DNA from: Raillietiella orientalis
Taxonomy: Eukaryota
DNA: 64,000 bases
Assembly: GCA_036172245.1 (NCBI GenBank)
Contig: JAYWIR010000019.1
Coordinates: forward strand, 2,852,001 to 2,916,000
Reading direction: 5' to 3'
Below the pieces are notes generated by a model. That model saw only the letters and a program-made list of their open reading frames with translations. It was not told the origin of the DNA and did not search any database. Position 1 is the first letter of the stretch; the number at the start of each line of letters is the position of its first letter. A program made the translations under genes and the position numbers. Below are positions 62,181 to 64,000 of the stretch, piece after piece.

Positions 62181-64000
62181 TAGGGAAAAAAGAGAGAGGG
62201 GGAAGAACGAGGAAGGACTACTGGAGCATCCTTCCGAACGCGAATGGGTGGAAGGAGAATTACCTTTAACTGAGGTTCGAAAAGCCCTGATTATAAGGAT
62301 TTCCATTATAAGGGCGTGGAGAGAGCCCTTTACTCTTAGCCGGCTTTTTCCACGCAGCTTCTACGCTGTGTAGACTAACATGCGTGTTTGCGTACAGAGA
62401 GTCTCTACGGCTACGCTGCGCATTCGTACGGTCCAGTCCTTTGAGATATCAATCAAAAGATACCAAAACAAAACTAATGATTAACACGTCTGGAATGGAA
62501 AATTCAGTTGATTCAATTAGCCCGAATAATGAAGAAAACCCCTGTTCTGGATGTCACTGGGAAAAGGAAAAGCGAAACTCTTGGGAGTTCTGTCCTCTTC
62601 AGAAGCATTGATTTAATTTGCGTTCCATTCTCTCTCTTACAGAATTTCGGGAACGCGGAGGCACAAGCAGGATTTCCGAGGGATGGGGAAACTCACGCCG
62701 AAACGCGGGTGGGGGAGCGTGAAGGGGAGGGGGGGGGGATCTATCCTCCCTTATCCCATCCCCTCAAAGAGTCCTCCTTTCTCCCCCTCCCTCCCTCCTC
62801 GGAGGCATTTTCAAACCGCGCGTGTTCCAGCACCACCTCGAGTCCCGACACGTGCTCGAGCGCGCCGGCCCGGCCTGTCGGCCATTCCGGATGCAAAGAG
62901 GAAAAAGACCCCCGCCCTGCATCCTCCTCCTGCTCAAGACAAGGCAGGATCTCCGTTCCGCGAAGCGCAGATCGAAGAATCCGCCGCGCCTCTTTTTCGG
63001 CTTGCAGAGACCGTGGAGTCGCTCCGTGCCTCTCTCTCTCTCTCTCTCTTTCTGTTTTTTTTTCTTTTTCATTTTTTTTCCTCCCCTCTTCTTGTTCTTC
63101 CTCTTCTTTTCCTCCAGAATTCAATCTCGAGGAGCAATTCGCGCAACTCGTTAGCACGGAGTCGTGCCTGGGTTCTCAGGGCAGTCGTAAAACAAGACAT
63201 TTGCCACTCAGAAGTAATTTCTCCAGTGACCATTTAACTGAGTTTAAGAAACATCGGACATTTGACACATTCATGGAAATATTTATTTATCCCAGGGGCT
63301 TCCCATATCTCCGAGCTGATTGCTGCCTACCCTAAATTCTCTTTCCTCTTATCCGAAAGGAAAAAAAAGAAAGAAAGAAAGAAAGAAAAAGACATTTATA
63401 TTCTCCAAGATCTGGCAGGTCCACTGGAACCTCTGTTTGTGTCCTTTCCGCGGCACGCGCTGGAAATTACAATATTCAAATGAGCGCGGGTCCCGGGAGA
63501 ATAGCTCCAGATGCTTAGGTCCGTTACAGGGTGATAGATTTTCCCATGCTGCACGTCTCATCCGCCGCTCGTTGACCGATGAGTGACACGGGATCGCGCG
63601 GGAGGCTGGCGGGGCAAATGATCCCGGAGCGCTTCGCTGCCGCCGCCGGGAGCCGTAACGTGCGCAGCGGCTGCGAAGGAGCAAGAACGCTTCTCTTCCC
63701 TCCCCCTCTGCCGCCACCACTATCACCGCCACCATTCTCCTCCTCCTCCTTCCCGTCTGACCTTCCAGCCGCCGCCGCCCTCGCGCGCTCGGACTGGGCG
63801 CGTGCGCCGTCGGACGTTCCTCGGAAGTGGTGGCAGGTTGGCACGTGAGCCGTTTCCGGGGAGGGGAAGGGGGAGGAGGAGAGGGAGAGTGGAGTGACGA
63901 CAATGAGTGGGCCCTTTCGCCTTCTGTTCCCGCGCGAGCAAGTGCCGCAAGCTGCTGGATCCTGGGGAGGATGGAGAACTACCGTCTTGGAGTCCGCTGC

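Noticed and set aside
57167..64000. Expected next trh exons (VPTQDLC-like and ILELRKEKSRDAARSRR)
   Set aside because: Not found in the ORF track or by reading the + strand. Presumably beyond the window.
1..64000. Active retroelement or RT-based novel system (retron, DGR-like)
   Set aside because: All RT-like traces are riddled with stops or frameshifts or lack catalytic aspartates. The 200-bp repeat pair differs at all base types, not specifically at adenines.

Overview
Eukaryotic (animal, most likely arthropod) genomic DNA, GC- and CpG-rich and almost entirely non-coding. Nearly all six-frame ORFs are low-complexity artefacts. Only two short + strand coding exons are supportable. 57024-57166 encodes MDFVPGMFPY-H8-QPAGSFPDYPGLAYSSQRQSPVNPAFTHS(W), which resembles the N-terminus of the bHLH-PAS factor Trachealess (NPAS1/3 family; Drosophila MLPYQ...DYAGYQRQP...PFTHSW, from memory). 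It lies behind a CRE/CCAAT/GC-box/TATA-like promoter. 5216-5310 encodes MIQPDDGRPLSYEHHVLPAMDLHLCQGLTYF, has a strong donor in the same phase 2, and is probably an alternative upstream first coding exon of the same gene. I did not find the bHLH exon in the window. The ~52 kb between the exons alternates between GC-rich, low-complexity blocks that may be regulatory and blocks holding many very old CR1/L2-like LINE ORF2 relics, recognised only by eye from colinear degenerate motifs. There are also microsatellites, tandem duplications, a dispersed ~450-500 bp repeat in inverted orientation, a pre-miRNA-sized hairpin and candidate TF-site clusters. I found no CRISPR array, intact transposon or prokaryote-type system, and no clearly novel biological system. 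All homology calls are unaided and need computational confirmation.
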